Positions 31,769 to 42,548 of a stretch of 64,000 nt of DNA are shown here, piece by piece. Origin of the DNA: a candidate division CPR2 bacterium GW2011_GWC2_39_35 (GTDB taxonomy: Bacteria; Patescibacteriota; CPR2); the NCBI GenBank assembly GCA_000995065.1, contig LBWX01000003.1, forward strand, positions 22,304-86,303, in the 5' to 3' direction. Position 1 is the stretch's first letter; the number at the start of each line of letters is the position of its first letter. The notes under the pieces were generated by a model. The model was not told the origin of the DNA, did no database searches, and saw only the letters and a list, made by a program, of their open reading frames with translations. The position numbers and the translations under genes were made by a program.

Positions 31769-32026
31769 GTGGATCACAGTATTAAAAATTTTCACAGAAA
31801 CCTAATTATGCTTTCCATATTAATTCTAATTATCGAAATCGCTCATTTTTTTGTTTATCCTATCGTAAAAAATTATTCGGAGCCTCTAAAAGAAAATACT
31901 GTTAATATTCAACGGATAGATATCAAAAAAGAAAAAGCTTTCTTTGCGAAACTGGAAACATTGCAAGATAAAAGCGTTAACATTAATGAGCCAGTTAAAT
32001 CAGATGAAGACCCTTTTACTCCCTAA
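31769..32026 (+). CDS. Small pilus-associated membrane protein (PilP position)
   Basis: TM helix, C-terminal DPF motif; synteny. Confidence 0.65.
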   Translation: MDHSIKNFHRNLIMLSILILIIEIAHFFVYPIVKNYSEPLKENTVNIQRIDIKKEKAFFAKLETLQDKSVNINEPVKSDEDPFTP

Positions 32027-32041
32027 TAATCAGGTTTTAAT

Positions 32042-33250
32042 ATGCCAACTTACACATATAAAGCAAGAGATAAAGATAATAAACTTATTGTCGGTACCAT
32101 TGATTCGCAAACCGAAGAAAGTGCGGCCAATTTGTTGTCGGATAAGGGCCTTGTGCCAACCGGCATGGTGGTAAAAGAGAAGTTTAAAGGCTTTGATCGT
32201 TTAATCATAAAACATTCTTCTGTTTCTTTAAAAACACTGATGATTTTTTCTAAAGAGTTATCAATTATGATAAGCGCTGGCATACCTATAGCGAGAGCTT
32301 TTAAAACTCTGGTAGACGAAGAGGTGAATCTAAAGTTTTCGACCATAATTGCCGGTATCGCCAAAGATATAGAAGATGGAGAGCCTCTGCATAAATCCTT
32401 CCAAAAATATCCGGATGTTTTTCCTTCAATGTATATAAGCGCCGTTAAGGCTGGTGAAGCATCAGGTTCCTTGGATCGCATGCTTATAAAGTTGTCTGAT
32501 CAATTAGAAAGTGATTATGAGACTATTCTCCGAATTCGCAGCGCCATGGCATACCCAATCTTTATTTTAGCCGTCTTAGTCTTTACGGCAGCCGTTGTTA
32601 CAATTTGGGTTTTGCCTCAAATAAAAACTGTGTTTGATGAGGCCAGTGCTCAGTTACCCCTAATAACCAGAATAATTCTCTCCATTAGTGACATTGTAAG
32701 AGCTAATGGAATAGCAACGATTCTGATCCTTGGAATCCTTGTCTATTTTCTAAGATTGTGGATGAAAACCGACAAAGGCAAAATTACCCTCGATAACATG
32801 AAGCTAGTTATCCCAGTTTTTAACAACATCTACAAGAAAGTGTATATGGATCATTTTACCGGGACTTTGGCTACACTACTCTCCGGAGGACTCCCGATAC
32901 TTGAATCGCTAGATATCGTTGCCGATGGCATGAATAACAGGTTTTATAAAGAGAGCATCTTAAGAGTTAGGGATAAAATAAAAGACGGAGCGACTCTTTC
33001 TAAGCCGTTACGCGAAGACCCGTTATTTCCAAAAATGATCCCCCAAATGATTGCCATCGGAGAAGAAACGGGTAAAATTGATGAAATTCTTTTGAAATTA
33101 TCAAAGTTTTACCATAGCGAAGTCGATAATACAATTAAAGGCGCTTCTTCTCTTATTGAACCGATTATGCTTTTACTTATTGGAGTTGGAGTGGGGTTTT
33201 TGGTTGCAACTATAATTCTGCCAATTTATAACCTCTCTCAAGTTTTTTAA
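32042..33250 (+). CDS. pilC: Type IV pilus platform protein PilC (T2SSF family)
   Basis: MPTYTYKARD, AGEASGSL, AMAYP, IGEETGK, IEP. Confidence 0.95.
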   Translation: MPTYTYKARDKDNKLIVGTIDSQTEESAANLLSDKGLVPTGMVVKEKFKGFDRLIIKHSSVSLKTLMIFSKELSIMISAGIPIARAFKTLVDEEVNLKFSTIIAGIAKDIEDGEPLHKSFQKYPDVFPSMYISAVKAGEASGSLDRMLIKLSDQLESDYETILRIRSAMAYPIFILAVLVFTAAVVTIWVLPQIKTVFDEASAQLPLITRIILSISDIVRANGIATILILGILVYFLRLWMKTDKGKITLDNMKLVIPVFNNIYKKVYMDHFTGTLATLLSGGLPILESLDIVADGMNNRFYKESILRVRDKIKDGATLSKPLREDPLFPKMIPQMIAIGEETGKIDEILLKLSKFYHSEVDNTIKGASSLIEPIMLLLIGVGVGFLVATIILPIYNLSQVF

Positions 33251-33253
33251 AAG

Positions 33254-33655
33254 ATGTTTAAAATGATTCATTACCAAAAGAAAAAGAATGGCTTTACTAT
33301 TATAGAAGCCCTTATTGCAATATCCTTAATCGGGATAATTACTGTTTATATTATTCCTGTTTATCTAAATAGCATTCAAGCAAATCGCAAGAGTGCCAAT
33401 AAAACAAAAGCCGTTAACCGCGCTTTAGCCCAGATCGAAGAATACCGAAGAAAGGATTATGCTAGTATTCCAGAAAACCTAACAAGTTTTAATATCCCTG
33501 AACTCAAACTGCCAGAAGGAAAAGGAGAGATGTTTGTCACCGAAGACACTAGCTTAAACATTAAAAAGGTTGAAATTACAATTAAATGGAAAGAAAAAAA
33601 TAAGAACGAACAGATTGTTATCCCCACTTATATTGCTGACAAAGGAGTATTCTAA
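33254..33655 (+). CDS. Minor pilin (PilV-like)
   Basis: Class III signal G/FTIIEAL. Confidence 0.85.
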   Translation: MFKMIHYQKKKNGFTIIEALIAISLIGIITVYIIPVYLNSIQANRKSANKTKAVNRALAQIEEYRRKDYASIPENLTSFNIPELKLPEGKGEMFVTEDTSLNIKKVEITIKWKEKNKNEQIVIPTYIADKGVF

Positions 33656-34260
33656 TGAAAAAAAGGGGCTTTACTCTTGTTGAACTCTTAATTATTGTAG
33701 CCATTGCTGGCATACTTGCAATGGCAATCAGCTCTCTCGCGGTGCTTTCTATTAGAACTTATAGCGAACAATCCGAAGTAAGCAATCTTCAAACCGAAAA
33801 CCGAACTACCATTAATAGAATAAAAAACGAGGTTTTGCAAGGATCTGAGTTTCTACCAACATACGACTCGCGAACCGTTACAATTAATGCAGCCAACAAT
33901 AGCAATACTTTAATTATAAAAATACCCTCCATCGACAATACCGAAAGCTGGATTATCGACCCAATAACCAAGGAACCCAAAATCGACTACTTTATATACT
34001 GGACAGATTCTGGAGATCTTTATAAAAAAGTTGTACCCGATCAATTAAGCACTAGAAATGCTGAATACGGTATTATTTCAAGAAATACTGAAATTAGTTG
34101 CGAATATACAATAGAGGGGCTAGAAAGTATTAAAGCGGGGGAGGAGAGTAAAATCTCTGGAGCGGATCGCGTGCGAATCACCCTAAAGTCTTCTAAAACC
34201 TTAAGGAATAAATCGCTAGAAGCCACAAATACCACCGAAGCTAACTTAAGGAATCGTTAA
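33655..34260 (+). CDS. Minor pilin (PilW-like)
   Basis: G/FTLVELL; C-terminal LRN. Confidence 0.85.
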   Translation: MKKRGFTLVELLIIVAIAGILAMAISSLAVLSIRTYSEQSEVSNLQTENRTTINRIKNEVLQGSEFLPTYDSRTVTINAANNSNTLIIKIPSIDNTESWIIDPITKEPKIDYFIYWTDSGDLYKKVVPDQLSTRNAEYGIISRNTEISCEYTIEGLESIKAGEESKISGADRVRITLKSSKTLRNKSLEATNTTEANLRNR

Positions 34261-34261
34261 C

Positions 34262-35599
34262 ATGAGAAATCAAAAAGGATCAATAGCTGCAACAGTATTA
34301 GTTTATAGCTCCGTTATGGTAGTCGTTGGCATGGCAATTATTGGTTTAGTTATTGCTAATCTTAAATCAAGTCGTTTTAACTATGAACAATCATTAGCCC
34401 TTCAAGCTGCTGAGGCCGGAGCCGAAGAAATGCTTGCGAGAATAAATAATGAACCTGAAAAATATGGCGAAGAAGGTGCAGAAACTCATCCACCAATTAA
34501 TGGAACATTTACATATGATAGCAAAGACTTATCTTCTTATGAAACAAAAGTTACTAGACAACCGGACAAAAGCCAAATAATTAATTCTATCGGATACTCG
34601 CCAAATGTTTTAAACCCAAAAAAAGTTTTAAAAGAGATCAAAATAACAATTGCGATGAACAAACAAACAGAAGATTCTATTTTTAAGTATGCGGTTCAAA
34701 GTGCAAGTAACGGCGTTAATTTTGGTGGAACTATCGAAGTACAGGGACATGTCTATTCCGGAAACGATATTACCGGGGGCTCAGGATCTTTAGAACTATT
34801 TGGAAATGCCTATGCTGCTAACGCAATCGATGACAAAGTCAAAGGAGCCATCAAGACTCCTCTCGCCATCCATCCGCCATATTCGGCGTATGATTATCTC
34901 AACAGTTACACCGAGGGACAGCTCCAAGCTCTTATCGGCGAAAGGGAACTACCCAAATTGCCCGAGATCAATTATGCAGCTTGGCAAGAAGTTTGTGAAA
35001 AAAGCGGTAATAAAATTGATGCCGCAATATTACCGCAAAGCACCATAAACACTTCTGATCCCCTTATAAAAAACATGTCTGATGGACCAGTCGTTATTGA
35101 CGGTAATTTAAGCGTTGATGATGATTGGGAAATAAAAGGAGCCTATTGGATTACCGGTAATATCACATTTAATGGGGGGGATATCAAATTAAATGATACT
35201 ATTTTTTCTTACGGTAAAGATGATGAGGGTAATTTAAGGCCGCTATTTACCTTTATCATCACAAATGGCAAGATAACCGTCACTCACGACAGCGTCAATT
35301 TCTTGCCTAATAGCTCAGACCATTTTCCAGTCTTTATCTCGAGATATAGCGAAGGATCGGAAGTAGCGGTAAATTATAATGGGAAAAATCCAAATTCAGT
35401 TGGCTTTTTTGCCCCCTCTGGAGAAATCAAATTCGATGGAGCATCAAACGATGGAACCACCTCCTTATTAGTAGGACAAAAAATAGATTTTCAAGGAAAT
35501 GGGAAAGTAATATTTAACGACAAACTAAAAGACGCGCTGTTTCATACTGGAACAAAGCCCGGAACTCTGATTTCAAAAAGATGGCAAATAATCAAATAA
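34262..35599 (+). CDS. PilX-like minor pilin with a beta-rich C-terminal domain
   Basis: QKG/SIA, ALQAAEAG motif. Confidence 0.8.
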   Translation: MRNQKGSIAATVLVYSSVMVVVGMAIIGLVIANLKSSRFNYEQSLALQAAEAGAEEMLARINNEPEKYGEEGAETHPPINGTFTYDSKDLSSYETKVTRQPDKSQIINSIGYSPNVLNPKKVLKEIKITIAMNKQTEDSIFKYAVQSASNGVNFGGTIEVQGHVYSGNDITGGSGSLELFGNAYAANAIDDKVKGAIKTPLAIHPPYSAYDYLNSYTEGQLQALIGERELPKLPEINYAAWQEVCEKSGNKIDAAILPQSTINTSDPLIKNMSDGPVVIDGNLSVDDDWEIKGAYWITGNITFNGGDIKLNDTIFSYGKDDEGNLRPLFTFIITNGKITVTHDSVNFLPNSSDHFPVFISRYSEGSEVAVNYNGKNPNSVGFFAPSGEIKFDGASNDGTTSLLVGQKIDFQGNGKVIFNDKLKDALFHTGTKPGTLISKRWQIIK

Positions 35600-35627
35600 C
35601 TTACCTTTTAAATAAAGAATTTATCGC

Positions 35628-36194
35628 TTAAGATTTCTTTAAATAACCAAGATAATGAAGAGCCCGTAAGACCGCTAAAATAGTTTGGCCGTCGCTAATC
35701 TCGCCGGAATCCACAAGGTCAAAAAACTCTTCTATCTTAACTTTCTTAACCGCTGTTATTCCTTCTTCTTCCTGTTTATGGCTTCCCGTTTCCTTAAGAC
35801 TCCTCGCCACAAATAGATGGGTTGCTTCACTCGAAAAGCCATTTGCGGTAAAATATGATCCCACTTTTTCCCAACTTGATGCTAAAAGACCAGTTTCTTC
35901 TTCTAGCTCTCTTTTGGCTGCTTCTAAAGAGTCCTGCCCTTCCGCATTGCCGGCCGGTACTTCCCAAGAGTAATTATTTGTCGGATATCGAAATTGTCCA
36001 ATAAGATATACTTCGCGGTCTCTAGAAATAGGAACTATAAAAACTGCATCTCCTCTTGTTTGAACAAAACTATAATTACCCTTCTTGCTTTCAGGAGTAA
36101 TGACGCTATCTTCAATAATCTTAAGCCAAGGCGTCTCGTAGGCCACCCTGGACCCTAAAGTTTTCCATTTACTCGTCTTATCGACTTCTTTCAC
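35628..36194 (-). CDS. NUDIX hydrolase (ADP-ribose pyrophosphatase-like)
   Basis: QFRYP, WEVPAG...AAKRELEEETG, ISDGQT. Confidence 0.92.
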   Translation of the reverse strand: MKEVDKTSKWKTLGSRVAYETPWLKIIEDSVITPESKKGNYSFVQTRGDAVFIVPISRDREVYLIGQFRYPTNNYSWEVPAGNAEGQDSLEAAKRELEEETGLLASSWEKVGSYFTANGFSSEATHLFVARSLKETGSHKQEEEGITAVKKVKIEEFFDLVDSGEISDGQTILAVLRALHYLGYLKKS

Positions 36195-36277
36195 CCAATC
36201 TCCAAATTAGATTAATTATACCAGCGAAAAGCAGTAAATCCAATTCACCCAATTCACCCATTAACCAATCTGCCTAT

Positions 36278-37999
36278 CTAAATCTTATTCTCTTTCTTGG
36301 TCTTTACAAACCAATCATAAATGCCATTGAATCTAGAGGAAGGATCAATCATTTTTACGTGTTTAACCCCTTTAAAGTTTTTATTAACGGCATATATAAA
36401 GCTCGGGTTATATAAAAATACTGCTGGCATTTCATTTTGAATTATTTTCTGAGCCGCTATCAATTTATCTCTTTTTAATCCCTCATCCTTACTTTGCCTC
36501 GCTGCTTCTAAATACTTATCCAATTTGTCATTTGCAAACTGAGATAGATTAAGACCAGGATCAGTAATCTGAGTTGAGTGCCAATACCCATATAGATCCG
36601 AATCTGCGCCTAAAGATTCTCCGATTAGGATTGCTTGATATCGTCTCGGTTTAATGTATTCTTGCTGTAAAACGTTTATATCGACATCCTTTATGACAAC
36701 ATTAATCCCTAAAGGCTTTAATTGATTCTTAATGTTTTCGCTAGCTCTCTTTAGCTCTAACGAGTTATTGGTAATTACCTCGAACTCTAATATTTTATCA
36801 CCCTTTTTCCTGAAGTCTCCTTCCTTTTTCCAACCGGCGTCGTCTAAGATCTTATTAGTCTCTTCTAGGTTTTGAGTGATTTTTGGAATATCTTTCGAGT
36901 AGCCGACTAAGCCCGGCAAAATAGGATAATTAGTTACCATACCCAAAATCTTTGTATCACTAATTAAAGCATCTTTATTTATCGCTTTAGAAATTGCTTT
37001 TCTTAAATTCACATCACTAAAAATACCATCTTTTACATTGAAAAATAGGGCAACATATCTTGGAAGCTGCATCTCTATGTAATTTAAATTATTGAACTTT
37101 TTAGAGGTCTCATAATCTTCTAAAGTAAGGCCGGCAATACCATAGATATCCTTTTTTGAGTATGCTTTTAGAAGATCAGATTTTTCTTTAAACGTTTTAA
37201 AGACTATTTTATCTAAAAAGGCCGGGTGAGGAAAATAATCGTTACTTGCAATAAGAGTTAATTCCTGACCATGCTGTTTCTCACTTAGGGATTCAAACTC
37301 AAAAGGGCCGGAACCAATTGGATCCAAATTGAATTTAGAAACAGACATATTTTTAGCCGGAACCTCCTTAAATGAGGATTCAGGAATAATTCCCACTGTC
37401 GTCAGTTCTAAAAATGAGTAGTTAGGATGCGGAAGCACAAACTTAACCGTCCAATCATCCTGAACTTTTGCCTGAACACCTCTCCAATTCTCTTTTAAGG
37501 GACTTCTGGTATCGGGGTTCTGGATTGCATTAACCGTGAAAACTACATCCTGAGCTTTTACAAACTCATTCGATTTGTGCCACTTTGCATTTCTGCGGAG
37601 CGAAAACGTATATTCTTTGCCATCATCCGAAACCGTCCAGTTATAGGCTAAATCCGGCACAATTTCCCTAAGTTCGTTATATTTTGTCAAACCGCTAAAA
37701 ATTAAGGAAGAAACCTCGGAATTTGTACTGTTAGTAGAAGCAAATACCGGATTTAAGTTATCAACTGTTCCTGTAACGCCTTCGCTATAAACACCTCCGA
37801 AATCCGGTTCACTCACTTTAAAATAATTAGGCAACCTGTTAAAAGATTGCCAAAACATCATGCAAATTGCCCCCACCACCAAAAGCAGAGTGAAAACAAA
37901 TCGTTTTACATGAAGCAGTTTAGGGAATTTATCATAAAACCCCAAAATATTCTTTTGGAATTTTAAAATCCGCTTTTTGTGGTTAAGTTTCTTAAACAC
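36278..37999 (-). CDS. ABC transporter substrate-binding protein, family 5 (peptide)
   Basis: IFSGL, PDLA..WTVSDDGKEYTFSL, PIGSGPF. Confidence 0.92.
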   Translation of the reverse strand: MFKKLNHKKRILKFQKNILGFYDKFPKLLHVKRFVFTLLLVVGAICMMFWQSFNRLPNYFKVSEPDFGGVYSEGVTGTVDNLNPVFASTNSTNSEVSSLIFSGLTKYNELREIVPDLAYNWTVSDDGKEYTFSLRRNAKWHKSNEFVKAQDVVFTVNAIQNPDTRSPLKENWRGVQAKVQDDWTVKFVLPHPNYSFLELTTVGIIPESSFKEVPAKNMSVSKFNLDPIGSGPFEFESLSEKQHGQELTLIASNDYFPHPAFLDKIVFKTFKEKSDLLKAYSKKDIYGIAGLTLEDYETSKKFNNLNYIEMQLPRYVALFFNVKDGIFSDVNLRKAISKAINKDALISDTKILGMVTNYPILPGLVGYSKDIPKITQNLEETNKILDDAGWKKEGDFRKKGDKILEFEVITNNSLELKRASENIKNQLKPLGINVVIKDVDINVLQQEYIKPRRYQAILIGESLGADSDLYGYWHSTQITDPGLNLSQFANDKLDKYLEAARQSKDEGLKRDKLIAAQKIIQNEMPAVFLYNPSFIYAVNKNFKGVKHVKMIDPSSRFNGIYDWFVKTKKENKI

Positions 38000-38218
38000 T
38001 TATTTTACAAAAATTAAAGCAAAAACAGCGCCAAAGAAAAAAAGGCTTGCTATGATCGTTAGATAAAATAAAAGCTTCTCTGCGCCTCTTTTTACTTTAT
38101 ATATATTAGTACTTGCACCGAATACGGCACCCAAACCAGTTCCCTTGCTTTGAAGTAAAATAGAAGCCACTACCAAGATAGCTGACGCATAAATTGTAAC
38201 TAAAAGAAAAGTTTTCAT
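38000..38218 (-). CDS. secG: Preprotein translocase subunit SecG
   Basis: ILLQSKGTGLGAVFG...RGAEKLL. Confidence 0.92.
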   Translation of the reverse strand: MKTFLLVTIYASAILVVASILLQSKGTGLGAVFGASTNIYKVKRGAEKLLFYLTIIASLFFFGAVFALIFVK

Positions 38219-38434
38219 GTAACTCCCTTTAATTCTACTTAGAGCATTTTAGCATAAATTGCCCAATAAAGCAAAGCGCTCAAAACAGAAACAAAAAGGT
38301 AAAGGCGAGGGCAAAGAAACCGGTATGGTTTAGGGTTAGAGCAAAGTCTTTTTTAATACTTCACCCTTACCTCCTTACCAAACTGGCTTCCTAATCCTTG
38401 CCCTAACCTAAGTCAAAAGATTTTTATGTTTTCA

Positions 38435-39451
38435 TCATTTTTTACTAAGTTTACCCTGAGCATTTAGGATTGACCTTGAGTTTTGATCCCGATCTAATAC
38501 TTCCATTATAGCCGCTGCAATTTTATCCGAATCGTGTCTGATAAAAGATCGTTTTATCATGTCTGCCCTAGACTTAGCCGCAATCTGATTGCTTATTAAA
38601 TCCAACCTAATAACATTTTCTAAGTTATCGTTTTTCATCTTTACGGGAGTTTCTTTGTGAGCGAGATATCTTTTTTTAACCTCCGTACTCGGTTCAGTGA
38701 CGTTAAAAAGAACTAAATCAAAACCCCTACCGGAATACTTCTTGAGCTCCTCTAAATAATCTTCTAAGCACCAATCCTCATTTTCCTCAGGCTTGTTAAC
38801 CAGATTAGAGATATAAATAAACTTAGCCTTGGTCTTTTTTAGCGCTTCCGGAAACCCTTTCACAACCAAGTTGGCGAGCAAACTTGTCGATAGAGTTCCC
38901 GGAGACAAAACAACTAAATCAGCTTCCAAAATAGCTTTTTTAACTTTTGGATTGATTTTCCCTTCGGGTTCAAGATAGAATTCCCGCTTCTTGTACTTCC
39001 TGAAATCAAACTCATCTAGCTTGTGTTCTCCTTTTACGATTCTTCTATTATCTAACTTACAGCAAAGTCTTACATCGTCAGTGGTAACTGGTAAAACTTT
39101 GCCCTTAACCTTTAAGATATCGCTAGCTTCCTCGACTGCCTTCTCAAAATTCCCTGTCACTCTTTCCAAGGCAGTGATAAAAAGATTACCAAAAGTATGA
39201 CCGAAGAAAACGCCTCTGTCAAAACGATAATTAAAAAGTTTTCGAAGTAGTTCTGATTCCTCCGAAAGAGCTACCAAACATTGCCTAACGTCACCGGGAG
39301 GCAAGATACCAAATTCGTCCCTTAATGCCGCGGTTGAGCCACCATCATCTGCCATAGCCACCACTGCCGTTATATCTAGAGGGTATTCCCTTAATCCAGA
39401 GAGAATCGTAAAGTTACCGGTGCCGCCACCGATTACAACAACTTTTTTCAT
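38435..39451 (-). CDS. YvcK/GlmR (CofD-like) gluconeogenesis factor
   Basis: IGGGTG, DDGGST, PPGDVR, GHTFGN, RHDS. Confidence 0.93.
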   Translation of the reverse strand: MKKVVVIGGGTGNFTILSGLREYPLDITAVVAMADDGGSTAALRDEFGILPPGDVRQCLVALSEESELLRKLFNYRFDRGVFFGHTFGNLFITALERVTGNFEKAVEEASDILKVKGKVLPVTTDDVRLCCKLDNRRIVKGEHKLDEFDFRKYKKREFYLEPEGKINPKVKKAILEADLVVLSPGTLSTSLLANLVVKGFPEALKKTKAKFIYISNLVNKPEENEDWCLEDYLEELKKYSGRGFDLVLFNVTEPSTEVKKRYLAHKETPVKMKNDNLENVIRLDLISNQIAAKSRADMIKRSFIRHDSDKIAAAIMEVLDRDQNSRSILNAQGKLSKK

Positions 39452-41268
39452 TATAAGTACTCTTTAATTAGTTTATATTTAGATTCACCAATGACTTTTA
39501 TAATCGCTTCTTCATCCGACTCTTTTATATTATCTAAATTCCCAAAATGTTCAAGAAGAAGTTTTTTTGTTTTCGGACCAACCCCCGGAATCTCGTTCAA
39601 GGCTGATTTAATAAGATATTTACTTCTAAGATTTTTATGATAAGAAATAGCAAATCGATGAGCCTCGTCCCGTACTCTCTGAAGAAGATATAAGCCTTCG
39701 GAATTTCGGGGAAGCTTTATGGAATAAAACCCGCCATTTGCATCAAAACTTATTAGCTCTTCCTCTTTCTTTGCCAAGGAGGCCATATTAACATTTATCC
39801 TTAAACTATTCAAGACTTTACTTGCCACCGCCAGCTGTCCTTTTCCACCGTCAATAAGGATTAAATCCGGTTTTTTATTAAAATTAGTGTCGTTATTTTC
39901 TAAGGCTCTAAACCGACGACTTAAAACCTCCTCCATCATTGCAAAGTCATTTGGCGTGCTTAAAGTTTTTATTTTAAACTTTCGGTATTCATTTTTAGCC
40001 GGCACCCCATCTTTAAAAACCACCATCGATCCCACGCTTTGCATGCCGGAAATATTGGAGATATCATAGCACTCGATTCTGCCCAAAGCAGTAAGCCCTA
40101 AAGCCTCTCCAAGCTCATAGAGTCCTCTGGATACTTTTTCCGTTTCTCTCGTAAAAGTCTTGGCTTCTTTTGACAAGTATTCCTCTGCATTTTTCGTAGC
40201 CATCTTTACCAGCTCTTTATAACGACCGATTTTTGGCAGTTTAAATTCAACTTTTGTACCCGATTTTTCTTTTATAAGCTCGGACACAAAATATAATTCA
40301 TCCTCGTTTAAGGGGAATGGCAAAAGTATCTCTTTGGGAATGAAAGAAGCATCCTGATAGTATTGATCCAAAAAAGCCATCATAATTTCTTCTAAAGGTT
40401 GGGTTTCGGATAACACTAAATCAAAATTTTCCTTACCGATCAGCTTACCGTCTCTAACCTGAAACAAAGTAATAACCGCAAGGCGGCTATCCGCTGCCGC
40501 ACCTAAAATATCCTGGCTTATAACCTTTACATTTACCACATTCTGTCTCTCTAAAGTGGCTTCGACGGCTTTAATCTTGTCCCTAAAAAAAGCCGCTTTT
40601 TCAAAATTCTGAACTATTGAAGCCTCCTGCATCTCCCTATGAAATCTTTTTAACAGGTGGCTATTGCGGCCGTATAAAAATTCCCTGACTTCACCTATCA
40701 TTTGACGATATTCTTCTTTATTTACCGCTTCCACACAGGGTCCTAAGCATCTTTCGATATGAAACTGGAGACACGGCTTGGGCCGCATTTTTAAAGGCGA
40801 CTCCTTGCAGGTCCTAAATGGAAAAATCTTTTTTATAATATTTAAGGTTTCTCTTACGTATAAGCTGTTTGTAAACGGACCAAAATAAGCGGCACCATCC
40901 CTTGAAGGTTTCCTTACAACCGTAACTCGTGGGAAATCCTCTTTGGTAATTTTTATAAAGAGATAATTTTTATCATCCCTCATCCGAATGTTATACTTAG
41001 GCCGAAAACGCTTTATAAAGTTATTTTCCGTAATTAGTGCTTCTACTTCGGAACTTACAATTACATAATCCAAAGCTTCAGCCTGAGCCATCATCACGGT
41101 AATTTGAGGACGCGCCAAATCCGGTTTTCCGAAATAAGAAATCACCCTATTTTTAAGCCTTATCGCTTTTCCGACATACAAAACTTTGCCCTTGCCGTCC
41201 TTAAAAATATAGACGCCGGGCTTTTGAGGTAAATTATTCGCCTTTTCTCTCAAATCATTATTGTTCAT
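39451..41268 (-). CDS. uvrC: Excinuclease ABC subunit C
   Basis: PGVY..LYVGKA GIY-YIG, RIECYDIS, LIDGGKGQ, RDEAHRFA, HhH. Confidence 0.98.
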   Translation of the reverse strand: MNNNDLREKANNLPQKPGVYIFKDGKGKVLYVGKAIRLKNRVISYFGKPDLARPQITVMMAQAEALDYVIVSSEVEALITENNFIKRFRPKYNIRMRDDKNYLFIKITKEDFPRVTVVRKPSRDGAAYFGPFTNSLYVRETLNIIKKIFPFRTCKESPLKMRPKPCLQFHIERCLGPCVEAVNKEEYRQMIGEVREFLYGRNSHLLKRFHREMQEASIVQNFEKAAFFRDKIKAVEATLERQNVVNVKVISQDILGAAADSRLAVITLFQVRDGKLIGKENFDLVLSETQPLEEIMMAFLDQYYQDASFIPKEILLPFPLNEDELYFVSELIKEKSGTKVEFKLPKIGRYKELVKMATKNAEEYLSKEAKTFTRETEKVSRGLYELGEALGLTALGRIECYDISNISGMQSVGSMVVFKDGVPAKNEYRKFKIKTLSTPNDFAMMEEVLSRRFRALENNDTNFNKKPDLILIDGGKGQLAVASKVLNSLRINVNMASLAKKEEELISFDANGGFYSIKLPRNSEGLYLLQRVRDEAHRFAISYHKNLRSKYLIKSALNEIPGVGPKTKKLLLEHFGNLDNIKESDEEAIIKVIGESKYKLIKEYL

Positions 41269-41348
41269 AGCTTTGCGATTATACCTCAAAAATGATCATA
41301 AAAAAAGAATACCGGACTTCTTGTTAAGAAGCCCGGCATCGGGTCAAA

Positions 41349-41696
41349 CTAAAAATGGGGACAAAGATAGTATCGTATCAAACGACTCACTTCATATGGA
41401 TGGAGAGTTCCCTCATCCTGTGCCAAATAAGCATACCCATCGATCATTCGATCGTATATAAACTCTGCAAGGGTACCTAGACTCAAAAAAGATATGTTCT
41501 CGAATCCGGAGCTTTTTAGCTCTGGAAAGATATCTAAGAGCGAAGCATTGAATTGATCGGCACAATCTTTGCCATCGTATCTCCCGCAAAGATTTAGATC
41601 TGGTAAAGCCAGTTTCTTGTCTATATCTAGAATTTGTATTGCAACTATTTCCATTACTAGCTTCATATGATCTTCGTCGTATAGTCCGTTTATCAA
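41349..41696 (-). CDS. Hypothetical protein, remote acyl-carrier-protein-like pattern
   Basis: AGGAGG RBS; followed by a terminator hairpin at about 41302-41340. Confidence 0.6.
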   Translation of the reverse strand: MINGLYDEDHMKLVMEIVAIQILDIDKKLALPDLNLCGRYDGKDCADQFNASLLDIFPELKSSGFENISFLSLGTLAEFIYDRMIDGYAYLAQDEGTLHPYEVSRLIRYYLCPHF

Positions 41697-41714
41697 GACA
41701 TTACCTCCTGCGCT

Positions 41715-41918
41715 CTATTGTTCTGCTTCCTCCCCTTCTGTTTTTTGGGCCTCTCCTAGCAACGTGGCAAGCTCTCTCTTCATAGCCTTTATTACTTGAC
41801 GCAAAGCCTCAGGCCTATCTTCTATTCTTGCTTCAATCGACATTGTTAAACTGCACCTCCTTCTCTGTAAAGCGTGGGTAGCGACTACCATTTTATCAGG
41901 ATTTATGACACCAAACAA
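41715..41918 (-). CDS. Small hypothetical protein (start uncertain, possibly near 41850)
   Basis: Internal AGGAGG RBS before MTMSIEAR; lies between co-oriented ORFs. Confidence 0.4.
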   Translation of the reverse strand: MFGVINPDKMVVATHALQRRRCSLTMSIEARIEDRPEALRQVIKAMKRELATLLGEAQKTEGEEAEQ

Positions 41919-41937
41919 TCATTTTCGCGAGCAAAGG

Positions 41938-42303
41938 TTATAATAACTCAGAACACAGAGGCACGTCAGACGAATTTGCCTCTTTGTCGGCAACCGCAAC
42001 CTTCACAAAGGAAACGGCCGCTTCGCCCAAAACATCGGCAAGATTCTCGATGTCCAAAACGTTTGCGTATTGTACGTCGGAAATCTCGAGGTTACAAAAA
42101 TCTCTCGCGATTGCTGAAACAAGAACATCTTTTACAGTGTCGTCAAGAGGCATTTGTGAGTGGAATCCGAAACACTTCTTTCCGGGGAAGGCCTCGCAAT
42201 ACACCTTCTCCAAATACTTAAGAACTGATGTCCAATCGTACGTAACGCGGCCCATCAGACCTAATGTAGCCGCCCGCTTTACAACCGAAATCTCTTCTGC
42301 CAT
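41938..42303 (-). CDS. Hypothetical protein, remote acyl-carrier-protein-like C-terminal half
   Basis: GAGGAG RBS; DFCNLEISD...IENLADVL. Confidence 0.6.
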   Translation of the reverse strand: MAEEISVVKRAATLGLMGRVTYDWTSVLKYLEKVYCEAFPGKKCFGFHSQMPLDDTVKDVLVSAIARDFCNLEISDVQYANVLDIENLADVLGEAAVSFVKVAVADKEANSSDVPLCSELL

Positions 42304-42469
42304 ATGTGTCTCCTCTCGCTAGCACCTCGTTTCATACAATCCGTTGTCTAAAAGATGTTAAGTTTTATAACTACTATCCATTGTCCAAAGCCAAACCATT
42401 TTATCACAAATGACAATCGATTTCAAAAAAAATTTTGCGAGAATTTTTGCGAGAATTTTAGCAAGCTTC

Positions 42470-42517
42470 AAAAAAAAACGACCTGATATCTTTCTATGCG
42501 AGCAAAGATACCAGGTC
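42470..42517 (-). terminator. Intrinsic terminator after spoVS
   Basis: CGACCTGATATCTTT / AAAGATACCAGGTCG hairpin followed by a U-run on the minus strand. Confidence 0.7.
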
Positions 42518-42548
42518 GACCCTGATCTATGGGGCGGGTGAGCCAATT

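Noticed and set aside
42358-42546. 62-aa ORF with LAKILAKILAK and a 12-nt tandem repeat at about 42432-42467
   Set aside because: Spans the spoVS terminator; only about 3 degenerate copies, with no support for coding or array function.
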